This document shows positions 15,098 to 29,495 of a stretch of 64,000 nucleotides of DNA, piece after piece. The notes under the pieces are model-generated. The model did no database searches. It was not told the origin of the DNA and saw only the letters and a list, made by a program, of their open reading frames with translations. The position numbers were made by a program, and so were the translations under genes. The DNA comes from the human T2T-CHM13v2.0 reference genome, Homo sapiens. Each line of letters begins with the position of its first letter. Within the stretch, counting starts at the first letter, position 1. The stretch is from the NCBI RefSeq assembly GCF_009914755.1, contig NC_060936.1. One strand, written 5' to 3'.

Positions 15098-15188
15098 TTT
15101 AAACAAAAAATTTTTTTGAAAGTCAGTTTCAAATGTGTAATTTAAACAAAATTTTTTTTGAAAGTCAGTTTCAAATGTGTAATTTAAA
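15098..15188. repeat. Tandem duplication of about 42 bp
   Basis: tttaaacaaaa(aa)tttttttgaaagtcagtttcaaatgtgtaa twice. Confidence 0.95.
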
Positions 15189-15604
15189 AACCCAAACTTT
15201 AAAAAGCCTGAAACTAATAAAATATGAAACCAAAAGACAGAAGTATTCTAATCTCAACAGACTTCAGATAAAACATATACATTTTTAATTGACAGGTCCT
15301 CAAAAATCCCAGACACCACCTAGGCTTTCTCCTTGTTGCTGGATAAAGAAAGTATTGGACTATCTAGGCCTCTGGTATTTTTCTTTAAACCTTAAAGTAA
15401 CACAAGAGGAATAAAGTTATACAGAAGGGGACTGTTATGTAGTAAGGAGGGTTTTAAGCCCTAACTTGGGAGTTATCTTTAAAGAGGTGCTATCCACCTT
15501 CACATAGGAGGCCACTCCACCTAAACATACAGCAAAGCAGGAAACATGGGAGGGGCAGGTAGACAGGTTTTTTCTCTGCTAGAAATTGGAGACGCAGTCT
15601 CATA

Positions 15605-16117
<513 letters not shown>

Positions 16118-16845
16118 CCACAAGTGTTTTATACTTAACAACTTAATGCTTTCAACTGTAAACGTGAGAAAGGTGTTGTTATTATCCTCATTTTATTGGC
16201 CAAATCAATGTCATATGCATGATGACTTATTTAGGTAAATGTCCTAGGTGAGCCATTCTGATATCTTCTTATAGCAACTGAGGTTTTACATTATGTATTG
16301 TGCTCACACATATGATAATCTTGCAATTAGTTGCACAACAGACTATAAATAAAACACAGGTAACACAAGAAGGAATTGTGACACTTCACATGGTTTCAGT
16401 ACTTCAATATATTTTTTCCAAGGCAAGCACAGTATTACTGCAAATGTACATTAAAAGTGATAATTAATTTTCCCCTTACTACTTCAGTCTTTTTTAAAAA
16501 GTACTTTTTAAAAAAAGTACTTTATTTTAACTGAAAACAATCTGCTTTGAAAAATCTTTACCCTAGTGTTAATTAACCTGCAGAGAAAGTGTGTTTCCAG
16601 ATTAAAGACTGAACAATACATCAAGTAGCCCTTTGAAAACTAGCTGTTATCTGATCAAATATTTTTACCTTTGTCCCCAGACCCAGGGCAAAGCTCAGTT
16701 AGCAATCCAAGTCTCCCTAATTTACAAGGGAAAGAACATGCTAATTTAGCCCTTGAGGTCTCAGAATAACCCATCTGAGTTTCATTTTAGGCAAACTGAT
16801 TTCTCTACCCTAAGGAAGCTAGAAAGTACAATAAGACTTTGCCTT

Positions 16846-17312
16846 TGTCAACCTTAAATAACGAGATTCAGAAATTATGATTAAGCATCGAGTTTATTCC
16901 AGCGCAGTGCAAAGCTTAAGAACAGCCACCTGGGCAGCACACACTCCAAATGGATGGGGTTGGTGTTCCAAAGTGGGGAAGCTAAGGTTTCACTTATATA
17001 GGCAGAAACAGTTTTAGCAGGGTTCAGCACTTTCTGTACAAAGCCAGTATGTAACATTACAGTGATTTGCTTAGTATGGATTACTACATTCCAAGGAAGA
17101 TTGCTTTAGCATTCCTGAGGAGAAATAATGTTCTGAGGGGCAAGGGGGGCGTCTTATCTCTGATGCTGCTTCTTCATTGCTAATCATTTATAGGAAAAAG
17201 CAGAAATAGCAACTGCATGCTACATGATTCAGGCTACGTAGCCACATTCCCCTCAAGGCTCAAGATAACTTAAAGTTCCAACAGCTTTAAGTTTGGATTA
17301 TTTAATTTCACA
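16846..17312 (-). mobile_element. ERV solo LTR (LTR47-like, tentative)
   Basis: TG...CA termini, 467 bp. Minus strand starts TGTGAAATTAAATAATCCAAACTTAAAGCTGTTGGAACTTT, with TATATAA (17000-16994) and AATAAA (16898-16893) in LTR order. Confidence 0.75.
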
Positions 17313-17929
17313 CTTTGAAGGAGACAAATGCGCTGAATGTAAGCGATTTTAAATTAGATGCTTAATACCATCCTTAAATAAAAAGGACAAGGTGGACTAC
17401 CAATATATTTCAATTAGTCAAGGGTAGATGTGTTCCAAAATGTTGTGTGTTTATTTCAGTTGTGTTCTCCCTATCTCAAATCACATAGCACGGAGTAGGT
17501 ACTCGATAAATGTTAATTGAATGAATAAACAAATGAACTCATTTTGCCATAACACCCCATGGGAGAGAGACTAGAATAATGACGGTGTTCTAAGCCTGCC
17601 TATATATTTCTTAAAGCTTACAATATTTGGAGTTTCTCCTCATTTGATTTCTGCATTCCATAGAAAAAAATTAATTATAAGCACTTCTACTAGGAAATGA
17701 GCTTGGGAGTAGGATATGTTAAAGTGACCCCTAAACATTCTCCAGCAAAGAAGTAGCTGATAGATGTCAGAGCCTAGGGTACCTCTTCATCCAAATTCCA
17801 CCTCTGGCTTCTGCCTTATAAATAAGTTCTCACCCTATTAACAGTTAGAGCCGACCAAGAAGGCCCTGGAGGGCCAGGATGGCTCTTTTACAACATCAAA
17901 AGACTACTGCAAAGGAGGGAAATTCCAAA

Positions 17930-18130
17930 GGTCTAAACAGGACCTGGAAGTAGCAGAAAGATAATTCTGACACTATCGGTTTGAAGCTACCCAGCCATGC
18001 AATGAGTTACCTCAAAAAGTAGAATTCCCTTCACTGGAAATGTCCAAAAGCTGGCTTATGACCTCCCAGGGATACTCTGAGGGTCTCTGCATGGAATGGG
18101 AAGTTCCTAAGGCTTCTTTTCTAACTGTTG
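17930..18130 (+). mobile_element. L3/MIR3 (CR1-type) 3' fragment
   Basis: aatgagttacctcaaaaagtagaattcccttcactggaaatgtccaa...ctaaggcttcttttctaact. Confidence 0.5.
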
Positions 18131-18429
18131 AGCCTATACCTCCATCCTCTTCTTGCCTCCATCTGTAGTTAATACAAAATCTATACTTCTTTCAGAGCTA
18201 AAATTTACATGGAACATAGTTTTAGAAAAGGGGAGTGGTACTTCTTGCTGAGGCAATTCTCTGACACCTGGTAGACCATATATGAGGTATGGAAAGTCTT
18301 GTAAAAATGGAAATTTCATTGACTTGACTTCCTATCCCCAACTAGACCTTTAATACGGGTGTACAAGGGAACCTCAAGTGCTGCTGTTCCTTGGGGCTGC
18401 AAATGTGGCTTGCTGTTCTTCCTCCCCAG

Positions 18430-19610
<1,181 letters not shown>

Positions 19611-19729
19611 TGGAAATCACCAGAAACTTGGATTGGTATCCTAGCTCTGCCACTGGCTAGTTGTGTGTCTTGGGGAGGTTAATGGGCTACTGTGTGGACT
19701 AAGAGAATGCATAAATGTAAAGTGCATAT

Positions 19730-20140
19730 ACCTGTCAGAGATGTTTTTATCTGCCCAGACTCCCTTTCTCCTAGACATCATCTTTCCTTCCCACCCTCCT
19801 CCGTCCCATTCATATGGTTTTTCCATGGCCAGAGGTGACTGGTTTAGGGATGGCCACCTGATCTCTGAGCTGAGCCAATTAGGGCCCTTCTGTGAAAAAT
19901 GAAAGAAAGAAAAAGGCAGCAGAAGGCAAGAAGGGGAAGAGAGGGAGAGACAAAGAGGAGAAGAGTACATATTTGTGAGAAGAGTACATGTTGGAAATAG
20001 AATCTCAACAGAGTCCCTAGTTCTAGGTGTTCCCAAGACCCATTTGTCTTTGGAATATCTGGGTAACCCCAATATTCTCTAATAAATTTCCCTTGAATGG
20101 CTGTCAATTGCAAGCTAGAGTATAGCAAGACCCAACTCTC
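19730..20140 (+). mobile_element. Old MaLR LTR (MLT1K/J-like)
   Basis: ggccagaggtgactggtttagggatggccacctga, ctgagccaattaggg and aataaatttccctt. Confidence 0.55.
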
Positions 20141-21254
20141 AATACACCCTCACTATACTATCATTATTAAACTGCAAGGGCCGTGAAGGTAGGGGTAGAA
20201 ACTTATTTAATTCTGTATTCTCAGAGATTAGCATAGTGCCTGATATACTGCAGGCAGTCAAGTACCTACTAAATGAAAGGTTTGTTGACTTCAGGGGAGA
20301 AATTATAATTCAGGGTTAAAATTTATATCACAAGCTCAAGGATCTCTACCTAACATCCTGTGCTAAGAGGTAAAAGACAACAAGAAGTAGCAAATTTTTG
20401 CCAGTTATGACCAGAGCAAGCCAGTGAGGTAAACATCTGACAGCCACTGATCAGGCATATTTAATCTTCTGAATATCTTTGATTTATTATCAATTGAGTA
20501 AATCAAAGTTTATTTTAAGGATTCAAAAAAAAAGCTGTTAAACTTACATAGATAACTATTACTGAAGCTTACCAAGAGTAGACAGTAAGCTGTTCAGAAA
20601 TCTAGCAACTGAAAAAAAAACAAATCATCACTCCCATGGCCTGGGATGCGGAAGGACTCAGAAATTGTTGGAAATTCCACAGACTCAAAATGAGGTAACT
20701 GTTTACCTTCCTTATTGCATTTTAATCTAGAGATTAAAATAGATCTCATTGTTCCAGAATCCTGCCTATGGTAAGAAATGAGTTCTCAATGGCTGAGAAT
20801 AAATTTTAATAGCGGAACCAGAAGCATAAGAGAGGAAATCATGAGGAAAAATTTTTCTTCATAAAAAGGACCATGAGGTTAATTTTCATTTCATTACATT
20901 TCTAAATTGCATATATTTTTGTATGCTGGTTGCAAAATATCCTTTCTGTATTGACATGAAGTATAAATTAATCAGTAAATACATAAAATTCTTACATCCT
21001 ACATTTTCAAAATAGCTCCTAACTCATTAATTTATTCCAAAAATAACTAAGGTGCAAAAGTTCATTAATAAGATGACTGATAAACTTGATATATGAATTA
21101 ACCAAAACCAACACCAAATCACCGTTAGATTCAGGCTTACCTGAAAATTTTATTAAACCACAACTTAATAAAACACAATACTAAATGACTACAAATGCAA
21201 TCTAGGACACTTTCCATGGCAAGCTATATTTAGAATTCCAAGCTCTGTTGGGTA

Positions 21255-21430
21255 GAATGGTTCTCAGATTTTCATGTGCCTATGAGTCATCTGGAGGACT
21301 TCTTAAAACATTGATTTTAGGGCCCCACTCTCAGAGATTCAAACTCAGTAGATCTAAGGTAGGATCTGAGCAAAGCTCCCAAGTGGTGGTGACACTTTGG
21401 GTTTACTGATGATGACTGAGTTGCACTGGC
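21255..21430. mobile_element. MER5A-like hAT-Charlie
   Basis: tggttctcagatttt...gagtcatctggaggacttcttaaaac...gggccccactctcagagattc...tcagtagatct. Confidence 0.7.
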
Positions 21431-22735
21431 CTGGATGAATCATGGTCGTTTTAATTTCACCAAGCACTGGAATTCCCCTGCAACCTCAGCCTCATTCCAC
21501 TGAGCTAGAGAATTGTACGTGATATACCCTTAGTTTATAATCCACTGGTGGTGGCTGGTACTACCAGAGTCAGAAGCTCAAGAGACTCCTAGAGATGGAA
21601 AGGGGATCCTAGTGAGGCATTGAATTATGGTAATAGGAACATAAACCTGGTGGGGTTGGGGGGGCAGTCACTGGGAGTGGGACAAGGGGGACTGGGGACT
21701 AGGATAATGGGGACTCCCAAAAAAGTTGGGAACAAAAATACTGGCAGGTCATTAGCTGCAGGGGAAGGGAGTGGGAATAGTGGTGAGTGAGAGACTACCT
21801 CACATGGAATTCCTGTTAGGAAATGGTTGGGAATAGAAAAGAAATGGTAACAGAGGGTGGGAGAGGGCAGGGGACACACAGGAAGCTTGTTTCCCAAGGC
21901 GGAAGTGGCTGCCATACAAAGGGGTACAGGGCATCTGGATTGCTCAGCACATCCAACCTGAAAGGTGAATAACCATCTGGGACAACTCTTTTTATATCAA
22001 AGATAATGATACACTATCTAAATTATCAATTACAACACACTTTTACTAGAAAGAAAAAGGACTGAAATAACACTTGTAAATACTTGTGATTTAATTGCAT
22101 ATTGTCTCAGTTGAGCCTCCCAACAACAAGATAGATAGGGAAGGTATTATCTGTCCCATTCTATAAAAACTGAATCCAGAAAGCTGATTGACCTGGGGTC
22201 AGATAGCCATTGGGTGGTAATATCAGACTGATATCCCACCTGATTCCAAAGCCTATTCACCCACTACCCTATGCAGCAGAGAAAGGAAGCTGAGCAGCTC
22301 TCAGATCTAGAAGGAAAACCAAGGGTCCACTAGTATCATACAAGCCAAGTGTGAGGTTTTAAGAGGGAAAGGTGCCAGGTGCTAAGAAAAGTTCAAGTGC
22401 CCACTAGATATGGCAAAGAGGTTATCAGTGGCCACTGGTAAGGACTATAAAATTCAAAGTACTAAAATACTCTCCCCTCCCAGAGGAAGAAAAGTTTTAA
22501 GATGATAAAATGCACTAAGTCTGAGATGGAATGCATTCGTTTCCAGGGAAGTATTTCACTTGTCTGCTTCCTTTTTATGAATAAGTTAAAAACTTGAAAG
22601 AGCATCCATGCCTCTACACAAATTTTAGCTCTAATCCAAAGGTGACACTGTTAAACAACTGCTCTAAAATGCTGTCACAACTTTCTAGAAATTATAAATA
22701 GCAATTTACAGAGTAATTAAATAACAATTTTTTAC

Positions 22736-23037
22736 TTTTTTATTTTTTTGAGACAGGGTCTCAGTCTGCCACCCAGGCTGGAGTGCAGTGGTGTGTGATC
22801 ATGGCTCACTGCAGCCTAAACCTCCCAGGCTCAAGCAATCCTCCTCCCTCAGCCTCCAAGCAGCTGGAACTACTGACGTGAGCCACCATGCCTGGCTAAT
22901 TTTTTTTCTATACTTTTTGTAGATACAGGGTTTCACCATGTTGTTCAGGCTGGTCTCAAACTCCTGGGCTCAAGCAATCAACCTGCCTTGGCCTCCCAAA
23001 GTGCTGGGACTACAGGTGTGAGCCACTGTGCCTGGGC
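22736..23037 (-). mobile_element. AluJ
   Basis: atcatggctcactgcagcct and ctcctgggctcaagcaatc; TSD aacaatttttt. Confidence 0.92.
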
Positions 23038-23508
23038 AACAATTTTTTTAAGTTAGCTTCAAATTCCATGGACATTTCAAAACTTAATATATATGTTTTT
23101 GTAGTTAAAGATTTACTGATAATTTAGTTTTAAACTTTCAAATTATTTTTTAAAAATAATTTTGACTCCTGAAAATTAAATAAAAATTTTTGAAAGCACA
23201 CCCAATAATTAAAAACTTAACTGCATAGCAAATTGGTAATCTAACAATACAAATTAGTAATCAAAAAATGCAAGTGACTTTTAAACAACTATAGGACAAA
23301 AATCTAAAGAGGAAAACTGTAAAAAGCAAAAAAATCCCAAAATGTCCTTGGCAGTTTTACTGTTAGAAATATTGGTATTGACATGTTGAAACTATGTATA
23401 TATGGATATATAAAGATATATTTTAAAATATATATTATATAAAATATATATTCTAGTAACATATAGGTAAAACATATATATATTTATATTTTTTTCTTTT
23501 TTCTTTTT

Positions 23509-23672
23509 TAGGGGAAAGCATGAATGCAGTCCCCCACTACCACAAATCATGCAGTCGAGTTTCGCACTTTTGGGGAAATCACAGGGGTCAGCACACCCAG
23601 AGTGCAATGGATAAACCTCGCCCTGGGAAAACCACCTTCGTGATCATGTTATCTCCCCTGCCAGGTAAGAAT
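23509..23672 (-). pseudogene. RNU1-83P: Full-length processed U1 snRNA pseudogene
   Basis: 164 nt, ATTCTTACCTGGCAGGGGAGA...GCTTTCCCCT, with 13 substitutions versus canonical U1 by manual alignment (about 92%). An A-rich tail follows (about 23489-23509) and no PSE or 3' box is seen. U1 identity is certain; the locus number is from memory and unverified. Confidence 0.93.
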
Positions 23673-24190
23673 GGGATATAGAATAAATGTTATTTATTAA
23701 CAGCCATAATTGTTAATGTAAGGCAATAAATATAAATTAAATTGAAGAAAAACCTTGTAATGTTAAATTTGAATTGGAGATATCAATATGAAGTCAACTG
23801 TTGAAATACATGTATTTTTTAATGCTGTCTACTCAAAGGGCCTGGAAACAAGGACATCCTAGGACTGTGAGCATTCTAAACACCCAGACTTTGGTTTCCA
23901 AATACTACTCCCCACTGAAAGAAACCAGCGTTTCTTGGCAAAATGGTGATTCCAGATACGAGACAGTAAAAGTGTAAGGTGAGGCAGAGGCAGCTTGTAG
24001 GGCCAGAAAGCATAAAAGCACTCAAAGATAATAGGGCATTTCAGAAGGACACAGGAGTATGTTTGAAGGGGCTATCACTGGTTAATTCTGAGTCAATTAA
24101 CATCAAAAACAAACAAATATTAACACAGAGAAAAAAGAAATCCCTAAATCTACAGTGCTAGTTAAAAGGAAAAATAAAACTAAATTGCTA

Positions 24191-24496
<306 letters not shown>

Positions 24497-24629
24497 AAAA
24501 CTAAATTGTTACAACTGAAGGTGACTATTATACTAGTTACTTATTCTGAAAATTGATAATTAAAGGAGAGAAATTAAACACTGACCTATCTTGCTGAGAA
24601 AAAAACTAGTTTTTTCCCAGTTAATAAAG

Positions 24630-25308
<679 letters not shown>

Positions 25309-27915
25309 ATAATAAAGAAATGTTATTTTTTACAGAAAAATGCCATCATGTAGAGGAATTGATAATTGGAAAATAATCATTCTGCAATCTGCAATGACAT
25401 AATTGGTTTGGGCAAAGATCATCCACAGATGCTAAATCTCTTAGATGAAAGATTATTGTCAAAAGAGTGGTTACGTGGTGCCACCTCACAGATTTCTTGC
25501 TAATTTCATGGAGATAAACATACCTTTACAAGGGAAAGATATGGTGGTGAAACCAAGTGATCAAACATGGGTCCTGTGAGTGGGATGACCCGGCACTGCA
25601 TGAGTGGGATACATCTCCTGATGTGACGCAACTTGAAATGCACAGCATCAGCTAGAAAGTATTCTTCCCAATCTAACTAAGCCTTTAAGCATAAATCCCA
25701 GTGTACGGGAAACAAAGGAGATAGAGAATTGGGCTAAACATCACAAGGAAACAACTAGAAAAAACTAAAACATTATGATAGTCTGTAGAAAACTAGTTTG
25801 GTTTCTTCAAAAGGTCAACCTTATAATAAAAAGGCCATAAAAAGACATTTCTGGGATGGGGGCGGTGGAAATGCAAATATGGACCATATGTCATGAATCA
25901 ATGAGAAGTTTCTCGGGGGCAATAATGGTTTGTGCTTCTGCAGGAGAAATGTGCTTGTTCTTAGGTGATTCAGACTGAAATATTTAAGGGTTAGATAATT
26001 TAAAAGGATTCAAAGGAAAAAATGTATTTAGGGAGATAAAGCAAACTAGCGAAATGTTAATAACATGAATCTAGGTGAAAGATATTCAGGTACACGTTAA
26101 ATTATTCTTTCAACACTTCTACATGTTTGAAATGTTTAATAAAAGGTTGAGAGAAGAATCTACATCTTGCTTTAATCCTATGAGGAAATGAAAGTTTTTA
26201 CAGATGCATAAAATAAAATGTGAAAACATATGTAAAATTCAAAATTATAGAAAAAGGAATAAAAGAAAATATCAAGAATGGGAGGAGTTTCAATGCACAT
26301 ATACTAACCACAGTTCAGATACTTATTAAAAATTAAGACTCAAATGTAGTTCTCGGTTTCCTGGCTGCCACGCAGAACTGTGGCCACTGTCGCAACTTTC
26401 CGTCATCCAAAGGCCAACACTGCTAGTTCTGTAGGGAAACTAGAGCTGGTTCAGAGGAAATGCTTCTTCCCATGGGTTTCCTATGGGAAAAACTCATTGA
26501 TAAAGGGAACAACATCCTCATCATCACCCCCACAATATATGCAAGGGGAAGGGAGCCTACTCCTTTCTATTGTCTGTCTTGCTATAGAAGATAAGGAAGT
26601 TCTATTGTCTATCTCTCTACAGAAGGTAAGGGGGTAGTTCCAAAGTCAAGTGCACTGAAAGCCCTATTGGGAAGAGAGGTAGGTAGGGATGAAGAATAAA
26701 GACAAAATTCACAGAGTACTACAGAGATGGCCAAGCTGCACGTCATTCAAATTAACTTCCATACATGCCATCTGCTCCAAAAAAGTCTTCTGATAAAAAG
26801 CTGGGCAGCAGACCAAAAAACAAAACAAAGCAAAACAAAACAAAACATGAAAAAAACAACAAAAACCGTCATTTTCTGTTTGTTGCTCACATACGGAAAC
26901 AAGATTGATTTCTGTATTGTTGAAAAGAGATCAGCTTTTTCTTTAAAGCTGAGCAGCACATTTACTGTTGAACTCTGACAAGTATAAACAGTGTAGAAAT
27001 TACTTCTGGAAAAACTAGATCACTCAGGCAACTCTTAACCGCAATGGATGGCCACCCCACCTGCACATAGCCAGAGTTTTTCTTAAAAGTTACTCTGGTC
27101 TGCTGCAACTCAGGAATGATCTACAGTCTAGAAAATCTTAACATTTAATGCTGAAAAGTAACGCATCTGACACTTTGATCACTCTCCACAAGCTTTACCC
27201 TTTTGCCTTATGTGCACACTACTTCTAATTATTTGGGGTAGTCACAGGGGTGGGGGTGGGCAGGAGTGACCTTGGCAAGTTACTGATAGCTCAGTTTCTC
27301 CACCTAAAAATGAGGATAATTTAGTATTTAACCTCTCAGGGTTATGAAGATCAAATGAGTTTTATAACAACCTGTGAAAGCCTGGCATACTGTAGGGCCT
27401 CAAAAATGTTACAGCACACTTATTTTTTAGGTAGATTCATCGTAAGTAATCGCCATGAAATCACGAGTATCACATCAAAGCTTTACTTTTATTTAACAGA
27501 CATTGAGAGAATATGCCTCTTAAATCATTTTGTAGCCATCAGAAATAGGTAAATGTTTGTCACTCTCTTCTGGAAGGCAGAATGACACAAAAGCAATATT
27601 AAAAAAAAACATAAAAATAAAAAATTTAGAAGTATGTTTGTTTTGGGAAAGAAGAGGGAGAATAGACCAAAATTTTCTTCTAGTGGTCAAGAGATACTTC
27701 CTATGACCCTGACCCTCACCCACAGTATAGGCTTAGTATAAGCTTCAGGGATTAGACATCTGGTAACTAATATAGTTTCCTCTAAACCAGCCACTTTCCA
27801 GAGTCAAACACAGGAGAGTCAGCAAAAGCCACTGTGTTAGAATGCTCTTGAAAAATTTCCCCATGTGATAAAGAATGTACTGATCCCAGTAATAGTAGAA
27901 TAATAGGCCAAATGT

Positions 27916-28017
27916 AGGGTGACCAGCTATCCCAGTTTGCCTGGCACTATTCTGGTTTTAGTGCTGAAAGTTTTCCCACCCTCTCGCTTCCTGGCAAACC
28001 ATGATGTTGGTAACCCT
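27916..28017. mobile_element. MER94/MER81-like hAT-Blackjack MITE
   Basis: Inverted ends agggtgacca ... tggtaaccct; internal tcccagtttgcctggcact...ttttagtgctgaaagt. Confidence 0.75.
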
Positions 28018-28519
28018 CCTTAAAGCTAATTTGCTCTTCATGTAAAACACTGCTCCAAGCGACACAGACTGGAGACTTTTTAAGTTGGAAACTGACATAG
28101 ATATCAGACAGTACGTCCAACAAACTACTAAGTCTAAAGTTGAGGAAGGCAGAAAGGGGCAAACTATACTTCAGACACACGCAGAACCCAGAGAGGATTA
28201 TCTCTGAGGCAATGAGCAGAAACAGGTTGTCATGGAATGAAGCCCAAGAGTCACAACAGATTTTGAACACTGCGGTGCCAAAAGCGCTAAGGTTTCAATT
28301 AGCAGCGAGAAAAGATGACTTCTTAGGACCCAACATCATTGGGTTAATGTGTTACATTTGGGGCTGATTCCTTGGATCCCTGGGATTTCAAGTTGTATGA
28401 ATCCAATCTTCCGGTAATCAGTAGAAAGTTCAAGACTTTTTCATCTAAAGCACCCATGTTATTCCAGGTCTCTGGGCCTGTGAATGAACTGTCAAGTGAA
28501 GAGTCAACAACTGAGTCCA

Positions 28520-29320
28520 ATTTTCATGCTTCTTTGCATGTCTGGCAATTTTTAATTAGATTCCTGACACTGATTTTGAGCTTATTGGGTACTGGATATT
28601 TTTGTATATCCATAAATATTCTTGAGCTGTGTTCTCAAACAAAGGGACATAGTTACTTTGAAAGAGTTTGATCCTTTCAGGTTTTCCCTTTAAGATGTGT
28701 TATGTGGGATGAGACTGTGTTAAGTGTACAGCTAATTATCCACTACTATTTAAGGCAAGACCCTTCCAAATGCACTGTGAATGAGGTTTTCCCATTTGGT
28801 TGATGGAAGAGGCACTATTCTTGGCTCTGTGCAAGCACTGGGTACTGTTCCCTCTAATGCATTTGGATGGCTTCTTCTCCAGCTGGTTTCCTCATGTGAA
28901 TGTGCTGATCAGAACCTTGGTGAATACTTGAGGTAGACTCTCTGCAGATCTCCAGAACTCTCCCTCTGTACAACTATGTCTTCTCCAGGACACTGTTCTG
29001 TGAAATCTAGCTTTCTTGGTCTCCTCAGACTCTCAACTCCTCTTCAACTCAGAGGGTTTGCTTGGTTCTGCCTGGGTGGGGGCCTCTCTAATGAGCATAA
29101 GTTAAAGAGGGGGCAATCTCTCAAAGTGGGGACAATCACAGGGCTCACCCCATTTCCTTCCCATCTTTCAGAGATCACTATCTTTTGTTGCCTGATGCCC
29201 AGTGTCCCACAAACCATTGTTTCATGTATTTGTTGTCTCTTTTTTTTATTTTGTCAGATGAGATGGTACATCCAATGTATTACTGTTACTTCATCTTGGT
29301 TAGATGCAGAAATATCCCAG
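28520..29320 (-). mobile_element. Old L1M (L1ME/MD) fragment
   Basis: catgcttctttgcatgtctggcaatttttaattagattcc, ctctgcagatctccagaactctc and tgttacttcatcttggttagatgcagaa. Confidence 0.65.
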
Positions 29321-29324
29321 GCTC

Positions 29325-29495
29325 ATTTTCAAGCTAGATGAAGGATATTGAATGTGCCCAATACAACAAAATGATAAATGTTTGAGATGATATGGTAATT
29401 GCCCTGATCTGATCACTATATGTATTGCAACATCATTATGTATCCCATAAATATGTACAACTATGTGTCAATTTTAAAAATTAAAAATTAAAAGA
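29325..29495 (+). mobile_element. L1MA 3' end
   Basis: aaatgataaatgtttgagatgat...ccctgatctgatcactata...cccataaatatgtacaactatgtgtcaattttaaaaa. Confidence 0.8.

Noticed and set aside
16490-16515. 26-bp palindrome ttttttaaaaagtactttttaaaaaa
   Set aside because: Low-complexity A/T runs make such symmetry common.
23509-23672. Functional independently transcribed U1 gene
   Set aside because: It has an A-rich tail, no recognisable PSE/DSE or 3' box, 13 substitutions, and is embedded in an L1 fossil.
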